Notes: generated by a model from the letters alone, not told the origin. A DNA stretch of 64,000 bases from Auanema rhodensis (GCA_964057225.1 OZ059900.1:26412001-26476000), one strand, 5' to 3'; positions 37,264 to 50,839 are shown, numbered from the stretch's first letter. Made by a program: numbers and translations.

Positions 37264-37472
37264 TAATATTACTCTTCATTGCGAGTGGTAATATATTTTT
37301 TGGAAAAAAGTTTTCAAAAAACTTCATTAAAATTTATGTTTTTATTTCAAGTTATCGCTCATTTCTCATGAATTTTGTTTGTGTTCAATTTTTCCGGAAA
37401 AAAAAATAAAACAATTTTGGTTCAATATGATGGTTTATTGAAACAAAAAAGTAACAAATAAGAAAAATTAAA

Positions 37473-38325
37473 TTATGTTTTATTCGTGATGTTGTATGTT
37501 TCACTTATTATTCCTCCGACTCTGCTATTGATCAGATCTTTAATGAGTTTGAAGCTTCTTCCGTGTTGAAGTAAGAATTTTCGGATTCTGGTAACATTGC
37601 ATATTTTGAAACTCGTATATATGGATCATTTCATGAAGCAGGACACTAATCAACAATTTTCTGTCGTTAGAAAATTTATGTTCACCTTTTTTCGTTTGTG
37701 GTTGAGAACTTTCGAAAAAATGATTGCAGAACAAAGTTAAGAGAATGTGATTATTGTTTCGCACTGTTTCTGCTAGTTTCGTTGAACATCTGTGCATAAC
37801 ATTGCAATAAATCTTGATAGGGAAGCCAAATATTGATCCAGCAAAAAAGTGGAAGTCCAAGTATTTGCACATTTCTCTTATTTTGTCTTTGTCTGTGGCA
37901 TAAGTAGGGCACAGCTGTTTCTCCATGATATTAGTCATTATATCAGCAAAAGAATCGGTTGTTAGAACAGGCAATTCCAGATGTAACGAGGAATAATCGT
38001 ATACCGCAGCTCCTTCTGCCTTTTCCAACTTTTCATATTCTTCTTGCGGTAATTCTTGGAATGTTCTTTTTATCCCTGACTGACATGAAAGGACAAAGCA
38101 GATTTCGAAGACGTAAGTGCTTCTCACTTTTTTCTCCTTTGATAATTTGAAAAGAGTATTCATTCTCAATAAAAAAAACATATATTATTTGACATTAAAA
38201 TCTTACTTTTGGAATTGAGTGAGGAATGTTGTTTTTTCACTTTGATTCGACCGAGTCTCCAAGCTCTTCAAGTTGAAAATGACAAATAAGTTGAAAGCGC
38301 TACACGTATCACGCTTAATTTTCAT
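37473..38325 (-). pseudogene. SprT-like metalloprotease, frameshifted by a 26-bp deletion
   Basis: VLLHEMIH is present but the downstream QHGRSF is out of frame. The 5' exons are tentative. Confidence 0.75.
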
Positions 38326-39392
38326 TTATCATTTTGAGTAGCGGTTGTTCACGAGTTGAATGAATTTGATTTTTTTCTTCTCAGTTTGCAATTTATTATT
38401 TATATCGCATGTTTTAGGAAATGTAGCACATTATTCTAGGACCAAAAATGAAAATTTTAGAATATTTAATTTTTCATAAAAATCGAACAAAATAAATAAG
38501 TTGAGCCCGCCGCAAAACATGATAATTTTTTTTTATCTTTTTCGGGAAAACTGAATATAGTATATGATGAAACAAGAATCATGGAAATTATGGAAGAATT
38601 TTTCCAATATTTATAAATTCTGCTTTCTTTAGTTTTCAAATAATTTTCTTGAAATAATCACAAAGTTCTGCTGCACAACAGTTTTTTTAATCTACATTTT
38701 CAGATGGAAGAATTTCTTCCGCGATGAAACATGAAATATGGCCGTGATAATCAACGTCAGATCTCAGGTGTCTTCTCTCCAATTTGATATATTCAATTAT
38801 TTATAAAGTATTTATTTTCAATCAATTGTCTTAACTGCTAAAAAAGAATTATGTGATATATTCAATGGTTTATACATAACCGTGGAAAAAATTCTTTCAT
38901 TGTATTTATCTTCAAGTAATTGTTTTAACTTCCAAAAAAAAGTTTGAGATTGAATTAATTGTTCATACATAACGGTGGAAGAATTTCTTCCATAGTATTC
39001 ATTTTTAATTAATTGTTATTGCTCTAGAAAAAATTAGGTAATTTATTTAATTGTTCATATATATCATTGTTTGTTTACCTATATCGTGATGAGAACAAAA
39101 AATAATTATGGAAGAAACTTTCACGTTTTTTTTGTAAATGGAAGAAATTCTTCTACTTTTGATACAACCAAACAATTTTTCATCTAAATTAGTTCAAAAT
39201 ATACTTTTTTTTATAAATTCAATTGTTTTCATACTAGGTGTGTACAGCTCGAAAGCGAATATGAAAAAAATTTATTCAACAAATTTGCGAGAAAAATTTG
39301 AACCTGAATGATTATATTGAGATCATTTTTGTGAAAAGAATGAAATGTTAATAACTGATCATTGTAAGAAAAAAAATAAAATAATTCTAATC

Positions 39393-41420
39393 TCAGTTTA
39401 ATTCCACAAAAGGGACATCTATTATATAATTAGGATTAATTTTCAACACTGTTTCAAATGCTTTTCCTCTCCTCCATTTCGGTTGAGATTTCAATTCGGT
39501 TGCTTTGCCAATCCAATGTATTCGTCTCATGAACGCTGTCAACTGAAACCAAATGTAATTTTTAACCTTTTTGGGAACTCACTGTTATATGATCATTCCC
39601 AAACCATTGCGAAGGTTCTATGTTCGAAATAAGAAAGATATGATGGGCTTTTATGACACAACTTGAAAATTTAACGTTCAATCTGAAAAAATGGGTTTAG
39701 TAATACTATTTTTGTATTCAACACTTACCTGCAGGTACCATCATTACACATCATTAAGAGCTGTTTTCCTGTCATGTACCCACGTTGTTCGAACTGTTCA
39801 ACTTCATCAATTATAATTCCATTTTGCTTGTTATATTCTATAAATTATTTTTTTTATCGGAACAAAGTTGAAACTCACTTTCAAAATAACTAGTACAATC
39901 AGCAGATGTTGTATACACAGATCCGGCAACTTTTTCTGAAATAGTTCTTTCAAATTTGAAAATTAATTAAAAAATTTATACCGAGATACTTCTTAGCAAA
40001 ATAAGATTTGTCTGCTCCAGAATCTCCGTAGAGTATATATACTCGTACATCCTTTCTATCACATTCAGCATCGTCAACAAGGGATATTAAGTGTTTTAAT
40101 TGTGATTGATGCCGCATAGCTACATCATAACGCAATTCCATGCAGTTCTGAAAAAAATAATATTGCTCGAAAAACTTATTACTTACCGTCAACTTCCAGC
40201 TGTTTTTTTGTATTTCGGTTTCCATTATATAGAGATAATGAAGAGATATGTCGTTTATCACAGTTCCTAAAATGTTTCATATTTTTGTTAATCAGTAATA
40301 TTTTTGAAATTAAAAAACCTTGATAGCTGATGACATCTTCCGCCATTAATTTTCTCATTCTTTGAAGTTCTCTTTAACATTGAATGGGTGTCAGTTTGAT
40401 CATTGTTTCTTCTTCATTTTTGTTCACATTCACGAGATGATTGAAAAACGAGGATATCACTTTTCTTTTTGTGATAGATTCAAAATGCAAAATTATCTGA
40501 AAATAGAAAAATGGATAAGCATTCAGGAAAAGATTGTGATAACTTACATGTACTGTATTATCGCAATTTTTGGGAAAACCGCATTCAATTGCCCGTATTT
40601 TGAACGAATTGACGTTCACAACATGGTCACATTGTTGTTCTGAAAAACAGAATTTTAACCATTTTCCAAACCTGTTCATTTGTAGTGTTGTTGTGAACTG
40701 AATTAAACAGAAAACACTTATCATCACATCGAAATTTGACGGTTCCTTCGTAGCGTTTATCTACAGAAAAAGTTTTAAATATCAAGCCTAAATGTTTCAC
40801 CTCTTTAATAATTGTTTTGATTGGTGCGTTTAACCAGTCGACATTGTTCGAATTGTCAAAATCCATAAATTGTTCGTTTCCGATTAGTTTCTCCAAATAA
40901 TCTTCTTCCTCTACAACTTCTACAATATTATAGTTGTTGATTCCTGAGTGGGTTGGTGCCGATTCGCCATTTGCTGAAATTCTATCAGCGAAAAAGCTGG
41001 TAATTGCATTTCTGCAAACAATTTTCATTTCATCAATCCTATAACTACTGTCTTGATTTTGCAACATAAGTTTTTCTGAAATATTTTTATTTTTCTGTTC
41101 GTGATATAATGCGATTTCATTCATCTGAAAACAAAATTTTTACATTTTAAATTTCTTGAACACAATGCTTACTTTTTGGTTTGATGGGTTTTCCTCTAAT
41201 TCCTCTGCAACATTTTCCTCAATTGAAGTTTCGAAAAATTGTTCAGTACCAACTATTGTATTATTGAATTCAGTCTGAAATTGTAGAAACCTATGCGTAA
41301 AAATGTTTTAAAACTCACAGAATGTGATACATATTCAGCATCTTTGTCCGCTGCCCGATCTAGAAAATTATATTGAGCAGCTTGAGAAACTCCATTTATG
41401 AAGCGTCCTGTATATTCCAT
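39393..41420 (-). pseudogene. Multi-exon CRESS-Rep-like SF3 helicase gene A
   Basis: Spliced C-terminus reads VRVYILYGDSGADKSYFA...YNKQNGIIIDE...LLMMCNDGTCRLNVK...IFLISN..PSQWF...AFMRRIHW. Walker A has G>D, and the best splice model has an in-frame TAA at 40374-40376. Confidence 0.8.
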
Positions 41421-42435
41421 GTTGTGGAAAAAATGAGAGCAATGTGGTTTGTTTTAATTTTTTTTTCTTTGGCTTTCGAATTTTCTCTTTTATACCATTT
41501 ATTGAACTGTCTGTTAAGATAATGATTTATGGAAAATTGTAAATAGATTGTAAAATTGTCAAGTTTATTAATTCATAATGCATGTACGCAAACGCTTCAA
41601 AAGAATCAATTGCACCCCAAGTGTATCATGCATTTGTTTCTGACACATGTCTCATTTTAGTATGAGAGTATTTGATGTATGCCGCCACAACTCTGCTTAT
41701 AGCAATCTTTTTTGGTTTCGAGAATATTTTCTGTTTGTAGATTTTGTTGATTGAAGATGAAAACAACTGGATATTTATAAATTTTTAATATTTGCTTTTC
41801 CATAATTTATGTTTTATATTCGCTACAACAATTTCTGTTTTCATATTTGCATTTCATTTATTATTTAAAACTTTACGAATGGATATTTTTCACGAATGTA
41901 TACAAGCAAAATTCCAGTTATGAATATTTGGTTTTCCTAAATGAGAAAGACCATTTTTGAAAAAAGGCTTTTCATGGAAGAAACTCTTCCATCAATTAAT
42001 GTAATTAAATGAACTTTCGATTGGGAAAAATCTTCCATTAATTGATTGCACTGCTGTTTTGAATCATAAATAATTTTAAATAATTATCGATCTATTAGCT
42101 TTTGAGAAAATTGTTCAGATCGAAAAGTCACTTACATAAAAATTCTATGACAATCAACAAGTTTTGCCGATAAGTGACATGATATTCATTTATTATTATT
42201 GCGTTTAGCATAATCAAAAAAAGATTAAAAAATTTTGAGTTGTTCAAACTCTCTTACTGTTCATATAAGAATTTTGTTATTTGAAAAACTTTGTTTTATT
42301 ATTTTATCACGTGTTGTTAAGATGACAATGTATTCTGTTTTGTTCAGCTCTTATTTGGTATCCGTAACTTAAAATCTGTGAGTTAATTTGTATTGTTCAG
42401 TTTCAGCTTTTGACAGATTTTGTTACCGCTGCCAG

Positions 42436-44407
42436 ATGATGTCTGCTGTTTGTCCTACTTTGAGAGTATTTGAAAACATGGAAGATCGATATGTGGGTTC
42501 TGTTCAAATTATATTCAGAAATTTTTTTTCAAAATTAGGCATTAACACAGAAAAATAGCTTCGACAGAATAAGCAAGTTATTGCAATGGAATGATGGAGA
42601 CAATTTAGCTATTGTTCTTTGTAGCTCTATACTTTTAAAATACGGCAGTATACATAAAGAAGTTCTTCAAAACTTTAAAGAACTACCTGATATTTTGATG
42701 AAAATGTACATAGTGAAGGTGAGAAAAAAATTTAATTCAGAACTTAATTCTACTATTCATTCTGGAATCATTTGCAGAAAGACATTGTTTGTAACCCATT
42801 TCTCTCCAATGAAGAAAAAATCAATCTTCTCACATTTTATCTTCTCACCCTACAATTTTCACGTTCAATGATATACATTTTCCAAATTCTGATGTTTAGA
42901 AATTAATTCTACGTGCCTAAATCTAAAGATTGAAACGTTGAAAAAACTTCCAATTGATATAAGAGAAATTTTATTGTTGTGGGTGAGTGTATCTCAAACG
43001 ATTGAAAAATAATTGAAATTTTTACAGATTGTTTTGGAAACTATATGCGATTGTCCTTGTTTTAAAAAAAACAACAACATAATATTTGCTTTCTTAGAAG
43101 ACGAGCTGTTCCATTCAGAAACCATAGATAAAACGGTATAAACTAACTTAAGTCATAAAGACAGGTTTATATTTATTCCAGAATAAGCTAAATGACTTCA
43201 TTCTGCTTTTTTTCCAGCAATTGGTCGTAAGAATGTCTGAACAGAAGGTAAACATTTTTTCAAAAAATCTTATTGATGAAAACAAGACATCTTGTGTATG
43301 TGGATTACAATGGACGAAATTTGAAGACAGTTTCGCTAAATGGAAACTAGCAAGTCAACAGGAAGTCAATAATTTGAGGTCGAACTAACTTTTTTCTTTG
43401 ATAATTTTTTGCTTTTCAGAAATGGAAGATTAGTTTATGCTTGTGTCAAAACAAGATATAAATTTATGAGATGGAAAAAAGTTTTTATTCATAGTAAAAA
43501 TCGAAATAAGTCGTTCTATAAAGTGACAACCGAAAGGCATGGAATTCCAAGCAGAGACTGTATTCCTCTATGCGAATCTTGTTTGATTTATAGAATTCAT
43601 TCAGAGACCAACCTGCGGTTTGAATTTTTTTCACAAAAAATTCAAACCGCAGGTTGGTCTCTGAATGAATGTATGCAATTAAACTATCAGAATGCTACAA
43701 AACATATAAAAGAGTTCACAAAAATGATGAACGAAGCAATAAACCCGTCGAGTGATCGAGAAAAGGTTAGAGTCTATGTATTAATTGGACCTTCGAGGAC
43801 TGGAAAGAGCTACTTCGCGAAGAAATTTCTAGGAACTGAAAACACATACTTCTGCTCTGCTGATTGCACTAACTACTTCCAAGGTTTGCCAGATGTTATT
43901 TCATATTGAGCACAAAATTCAGATTATAAAAGTCAAAGGAATATAATAATCGATGAAGTTGACCAGTTTGGAAAAAAAGGATACATGTCTGGCAAACAAC
44001 TATTATTGCTCTGCAATGACGGACCTTGTCGACTCAATGTGAAATTTAGCAGTGTTCAGATCATAGCTACAAAAATATTCTTGATTTCTAACAGACCTAT
44101 CGACGAATGGTTTCCGAATGATACCATAACAGTTAAGCTAAATTACGAAACAGTTGTATTTTATTAATTGTTTTACTAACAGGAGGAAGCTTTTACAAAT
44201 CGTATACACTGGAAGGGAAAAGCCACACGACAAAGAGAACAACCACATTGGAGCCATGGAGCAGCGATGGCCGAGGTATTGCGCTATAATGAGCAGGATA
44301 TTGAAGAAGAGCCTCACGTTTTTTTTAATGTAACATACTCATGGAAAAAATATGTTCTTAGTTTAATGTTTCTGTTTGTCAATGAAAAAAATCTTGTCTG
44401 TTTCTAA
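42436..44407 (+). pseudogene. Multi-exon CRESS-Rep-like SF3 helicase gene B (5' end unresolved, one exon interrupted by a satellite fragment)
   Basis: VRVYVLIGPSRTGKSYFA (Walker A), YKSQRNIIIDE (Walker B), RLNVK (B'), IFLISN (C), PIDEWF and AFTNRIHW, joined by GT-AG introns. Confidence 0.8.
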
Positions 44408-44679
44408 ATTTATGACATAGAAAAAATTTAAAATCTTGTCTGCTCCTAAATTTATGAGATGGAAAAAAGTTTTTATTCATAGTAAAAATTGAAATAAGTC
44501 GTTCTATAAAACTGAAAGTGACAACCGAAAGGCATGGAATTCCAAGCAGAGACTGTATTTCTCTAGTTGTGTAGTCTAGTTTTATTTTTCAGTTTAAATA
44601 GTTCACCGGTAAAATGTGTACCTTCCTGAGACTTGTTCGATGTACATTTCACCTGTGAAATGTGACTACGAATGAAAAT

Positions 44680-44806
44680 CAGGTAGTTGTTTTTTTAAAA
44701 TCAAAATAAGGTAGTTGTTTTTTTAAAATCAAAATAAGGTAGTTGTTTTTTTTAAATCAAAATAAGGTAGTTGTTTTTTTTAAATCAAAATAAGGTAGCT
44801 GTTCTT
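44680..44806. repeat. ~28-bp tandem repeat (aggtagttgttttttt(a)aaatcaaaata), 4+ copies, also at +9419
   Basis: Directly visible, flanked by caccggtaaaatgtgtacct-type repeats. Confidence 0.9.
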
Positions 44807-44959
44807 TAAAGTTTAACTAATGAAATAAAGTGTTAAATAACAACATAAGTCTATTCACACTCATGAATAATAAACCTCAGTTTTAACAGTTGACCGGTAA
44901 AATGTGTACCTTTTTCATACTTGTTCGATGCACGTTTCACCGGTAAAATGTGCACCTTC

Positions 44960-46570
44960 CGCGCCTAAATCAAATATTTTCATCAAGGTTAGGTGAACAG
45001 TATTTATATCCAGATACACCAGATTTGATTGTAAGTTGTGTGCATAGAACATACCAGAATCGCAAGCCCCTACAATGTTCACGTTCAATGTTATACATTT
45101 TCCAAATTCTGATGTTTAGGAATTAATTCTACGTGCCTAAATCAAAATACTTCTATCAAAGTTTTGAAAAGTGTTTTTATATTTAGATAGACCACAATTG
45201 ATTGCTAGCCGTATTTACAAAAAAGACTAGAATCCCAAGCCCCTACAATTTTTATGTTCAATAAAGTACATTTTTAAATATCTGATGTTCACAGAATATT
45301 TCTACGCGCCTAAATCAAAATACTTCCATCAAGGTAGTGAAAGATGTTTTTATATCCAGATACACCAGATTTGATTGTAAGTTGTGTGCATAGAACATAC
45401 CAGAATCGCAAGCCTCTACAATTTTCACGTTCAATGATGTACATTTTTCAAATTCTGATGTTTAGGAATTAATTGTACGTGCCTAAATCAAAATACTTCC
45501 ATCAAAGTTCTGAAAGGTGTATTTATATTCAGATACAACAGATTTGATTGTAAGTTGTGTGCATAGAACATACCAGAATCGCAAGCCCCTACAATGTTCA
45601 CGTTCAATGATGTACACTTTCCAAATTCTGATGTTTAGGAATTAATTCTATGTGCCTAAATCAAAATACTTTCATCAAGGTTGTGAAAGATGTTTTTATA
45701 TCCAGATACACCAGATTTGATTGTAAGCTGTGCGCACAGAACATACCAGAATCGCAAGCCCCTACAATTTGCACGTTCAATGATGTACGTTTTCCAAATT
45801 CTGATGTTTAGGAATTAATTGTACGTGCCTAAATCAAAATACTTCCATCAAAGTTCTGAAAGGTGTATTTATATTCAGATAGACCACAATTGATTGCTAG
45901 CCGTATTCACAAAAGAGACTAGAATCCCAAGCCCCTACAATTTTTATGTTCAATAAAGTACATTTTTAAATATCTGATGATCACAGAATATTTCTAAGCG
46001 CCTAAATTAAAATATTTTCATCAATGTTGAGTGAACAGTATTTATATCCATATACACCAGATTTGATTATAAGTTGTGTGCATAGAACATAACAGAATCG
46101 CAAGCCCCTACAATTTTTATGTTCAATAATGTACATTTTTAAAATTCTGATGTTCACAGTATAGTTCTACGCGCCTAAATCAAAATATTATCATCAATGT
46201 TGAGTAAACAGTATTTATATCCAGATACATCAGATTTGATTGTAAACAGTGTGCATAGAACATACCAGAATCGCAAGCCCCTACAATTTTCACGTTCAAT
46301 GATATACATTTTCCAAATTCTGATGTTTAGAAATTAATTCTACGTGCCTAAATCAAAATACTTCCATCAAGGTAGTGAAAAGAGTATTTATATTCAAATA
46401 CACCACAATTGATTGCTAGCCGTATTTACAAAAGATACTAGAATCGAAAGCCCCTCCAATTTTTCTGTTAAATGATGTACATTTTTTAAATTCTGATGTC
46501 CACAAAATAGTTCTACGTGCCTAAATCAAAATGTTTCTATCAATGTTAGGTGAAGTGTATTTATATCCAT
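44960..46570. repeat. 173-bp satellite spacer
   Basis: Same monomer. Confidence 0.95.
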
Positions 46571-46578
46571 TAATATTA

Positions 46579-46682
46579 GGTACCGGAAAAAGTAATCGAC
46601 GTTTCAAATTCAAATAGTTATTTTTTATATATTTGGCGGGATATAATAAGGTTCAAAAACGTCGATTACTTTTTCCGGTACC
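46579..46682. mobile_element. 104-bp MITE-like element, duplicated with the cassette
   Basis: Copy of 37160-37263. Confidence 0.8.
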
Positions 46683-46891
46683 TAATATTACTCTTCATTG
46701 CGAGTGGTAATATATTTTTTGGAAAAAAGTTTTCAAAAAACTTCATTAAAATTTATGTTTTTATTTCAAGTTATCGCTCATTTCTCATGAATTTTGTTTG
46801 TGTTCAATTTTTCCGGAAAAAAAAATAAAACAATTTTGGTTCAATATGATGGTTTATTGAAACAAAAAAGTAACAAATAAGAAAAATTAAA

Positions 46892-47744
46892 TTATGTTTT
46901 ATTCGTGATGTTGTATGTTTCACTTATTATTCCTCCGACTCTGCTATTGATCAGATCTTTAATGAGTTTGAAGCTTCTTCCGTGTTGAAGTAAGAATTTT
47001 CGGATTCTGGTAACATTGCATATTTTGAAACTCGTATATATGGATCATTTCATGAAGCAGGACACTAATCAACAATTTTCTGTCGTTAGAAAATTTATGT
47101 TCACCTTTTTTCGTTTGTGGTTGAGAACTTTCGAAAAAATGATTGCAGAACAAAGTTAAGAGAATGTGATTATTGTTTCGCACTGTTTCTGCTAGTTTCG
47201 TTGAACATCTGTGCATAACATTGCAATAAATCTTGATAGGGAAGCCAAATATTGATCCAGCAAAAAAGTGGAAGTCCAAGTATTTGCACATTTCTCTTAT
47301 TTTGTCTTTGTCTGTGGCATAAGTAGGGCACAGCTGTTTCTCCATGATATTAGTCATTATATCAGCAAAAGAATCGGTTGTTAGAACAGGCAATTCCAGA
47401 TGTAACGAGGAATAATCGTATACCGCAGCTCCTTCTGCGTTTTCCAACTTTTCATATTCTTCTTGCGGTAATTCTTGGAATGTTCTTTTTATCCCTGACT
47501 GACATGAAAGGACAAAGCAGATTTCGAAGACGTAAGTGCTTCTCACTTTTTTCTCCTTTGATAATTTGAAAAGAGTATTCATTCTCAATAAAAAAAACAT
47601 ATATTATTTGACATTAAAATCTTACTTTTGGAATTGAGTGAGGAATGTTGTTTTTTCACTTTGATTCGACCGAGTCTCCAAGCTCTTCAAGTTGAAAATG
47701 ACAAATAAGTTGAAAGCGCTACACGTATCACGCTTAATTTTCAT
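46892..47744 (-). pseudogene. SprT-like metalloprotease, frameshifted (copy 2)
   Basis: Same deletion as copy 1. Confidence 0.75.
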
Positions 47745-48811
47745 TTATCATTTTGAGTAGCGGTTGTTCACGAGTTGAATGAATTTGATTTTTTTCTTCT
47801 CAGTTTGCAATTTATTATTTATATCGCATGTTTTAGGAAATGTAGCACATTATTCTAGGACCAAAAATGAAAATTTTAGAATATTTAATTTTTCATAAAA
47901 ATCGAACAAAATAAATAAGTTGAGCCCGCCGCAAAACATGATAATTTTTTTTTATCTTTTTCGGGAAAACTGAATATAGTATATGATGAAACAAGAATCA
48001 TGGAAATTATGGAAGAATTTTTCCAATATTTATAAATTCTGCTTTCTTTAGTTTTCAAATAATTTTCTTGAAATAATCACAAAGTTCTGCTGCACAACAG
48101 TTTTTTTAATCTACATTTTCAGATGGAAGAATTTCTTCCGCGATGAAACATGAAATATGGCCGTGATAATCAACGTCAGATCTCAGGTGTCTTCTCTCCA
48201 ATTTGATATATTCAATTATTTATAAAGTATTTATTTTCAATCAATTGTCTTAACTGCTAAAAAAGAATTATGTGATATATTCAATGGTTTATACATAACC
48301 GTGGAAAAAATTCTTTCATTGTATTTATCTTCAAGTAATTGTTTTAACTTCCAAAAAAAAGTTTGAGATTGAATTAATTGTTCATACATAACGGTGGAAG
48401 AATTTCTTCCATAGTATTCATTTTTAATTAATTGTTATTGCTCTAGAAAAAATTAGGTAATTTATTTAATTGTTCATATATATCATTGTTTGTTTACCTA
48501 TATCGTGATGAGAACAAAAAATAATTATGGAAGAAACTTTCACGTTTTTTTTGTAAATGGAAGAAATTCTTCTACTTTTGATACAACCAAACAATTTTTC
48601 ATCTAAATTAGTTCAAAATATACTTTTTTTTATAAATTCAATTGTTTTCATACTAGGTGTGTACAGCTCGAAAGCGAATATGAAAAAAATTTATTCAACA
48701 AATTTGCGAGAAAAATTTGAACCTGAATGATTATATTGAGATCATTTTTGTGAAAAGAATGAAATGTTAATAACTGATCATTGTAAGAAAAAAAATAAAA
48801 TAATTCTAATC

Positions 48812-50839
48812 TCAGTTTAATTCCACAAAAGGGACATCTATTATATAATTAGGATTAATTTTCAACACTGTTTCAAATGCTTTTCCTCTCCTCCATTTCG
48901 GTTGAGATTTCAATTCGGTTGCTTTGCCAATCCAATGTATTCGTCTCATGAACGCTGTCAACTGAAACCAAATGTAATTTTTAACCTTTTTGGGAACTCA
49001 CTGTTATATGATCATTCCCAAACCATTGCGAAGGTTCTATGTTCGAAATAAGAAAGATATGATGGGCTTTTATGACACAACTTGAAAATTTAACGTTCAA
49101 TCTGAAAAAATGGGTTTAGTAATACTATTTTTGTATTCAACACTTACCTGCAGGTACCATCATTACACATCATTAAGAGCTGTTTTCCTGTCATGTACCC
49201 ACGTTGTTCGAACTGTTCAACTTCATCAATTATAATTCCATTTTGCTTGTTATATTCTATAAATTATTTTTTTTATCGGAACAAAGTTGAAACTCACTTT
49301 CAAAATAACTAGTACAATCAGCAGATGTTGTATACACAGATCCGGCAACTTTTTCTGAAATAGTTCTTTCAAATTTGAAAATTAATTAAAAAATTTATAC
49401 CGAGATACTTCTTAGCAAAATAAGATTTGTCTGCTCCAGAATCTCCGTAGAGTATATATACTCGTACATCCTTTCTATCACATTCAGCATCGTCAACAAG
49501 GGATATTAAGTGTTTTAATTGTGATTGATGCCGCATAGCTACATCATAACGCAATTCCATGCAGTTCTGAAAAAAATAATATTGCTCGAAAAACTTATTA
49601 CTTACCGTCAACTTCCAGCTGTTTTTTTGTATTTCGGTTTCCATTATATAGAGATAATGAAGAGATATGTCGTTTATCACAGTTCCTAAAATGTTTCATA
49701 TTTTTGTTAATCAGTAATATTTTTGAAATTAAAAAACCTTGATAGCTGATGACATCTTCCGCCATTAATTTTCTCATTCTTTGAAGTTCTCTTTAACATT
49801 GAATGGGTGTCAGTTTGATCATTGTTTCTTCTTCATTTTTGTTCACATTCACGAGATGATTGAAAAACGAGGATATCACTTTTCTTTTTGTGATAGATTC
49901 AAAATGCAAAATTATCTGAAAATAGAAAAATGGATAAGCATTCAGGAAAAGATTGTGATAACTTACATGTACTGTATTATCGCAATTTTTGGGAAAACCG
50001 CATTCAATTGCCCGTATTTTGAACGAATTGACGTTCACAACATGGTCACATTGTTGTTCTGAAAAACAGAATTTTAACCATTTTCCAAACCTGTTCATTT
50101 GTAGTGTTGTTGTGAACTGAATTAAACAGAAAACACTTATCATCACATCGAAATTTGACGGTTCCTTCGTAGCGTTTATCTACAGAAAAAGTTTTAAATA
50201 TCAAGCCTAAATGTTTCACCTCTTTAATAATTGTTTTGATTGGTGCGTTTAACCAGTCGACATTGTTCGAATTGTCAAAATCCATAAATTGTTCGTTTCC
50301 GATTAGTTTCTCCAAATAATCTTCTTCCTCTACAACTTCTACAATATTATAGTTGTTGATTCCTGAGTGGGTTGGTGCCGATTCGCCATTTGCTGAAATT
50401 CTATCAGCGAAAAAGCTGGTAATTGCATTTCTGCAAACAATTTTCATTTCATCAATCCTATAACTACTGTCTTGATTTTGCAACATAAGTTTTTCTGAAA
50501 TATTTTTATTTTTCTGTTCGTGATATAATGCGATTTCATTCATCTGAAAACAAAATTTTTACATTTTAAATTTCTTGAACACAATGCTTACTTTTTGGTT
50601 TGATGGGTTTTCCTCTAATTCCTCTGCAACATTTTCCTCAATTGAAGTTTCGAAAAATTGTTCAGTACCAACTATTGTATTATTGAATTCAGTCTGAAAT
50701 TGTAGAAACCTATGCGTAAAAATGTTTTAAAACTCACAGAATGTGATACATATTCAGCATCTTTGTCCGCTGCCCGATCTAGAAAATTATATTGAGCAGC
50801 TTGAGAAACTCCATTTATGAAGCGTCCTGTATATTCCAT
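48812..50839 (-). pseudogene. CRESS-Rep-like gene A, copy 2
   Basis: Copy of 39393-41420. Confidence 0.8.

Larger units (their letters stand above)
37152..44959. mobile_element. SprT + twin CRESS-Rep-like helicase cassette, copy 1 (mobility inferred)
   Basis: Non-satellite block repeated at +9419 and partially at 57547. Confidence 0.55.

Noticed and set aside
39700-39708. TAGTATTAC (circo/nanovirus nonamer) on the minus strand
   Set aside because: It is inside a short intron of gene A with no convincing flanking stem, so a chance match in AT-rich DNA is plausible.
37152-44959. Cassette as a canonical Helitron or as part of the Maverick
   Set aside because: The helicase motifs are SF3 and not Pif1/SF1, I see no TC...CTRR ends, and the cassette lies outside the Maverick TIRs and TSD.
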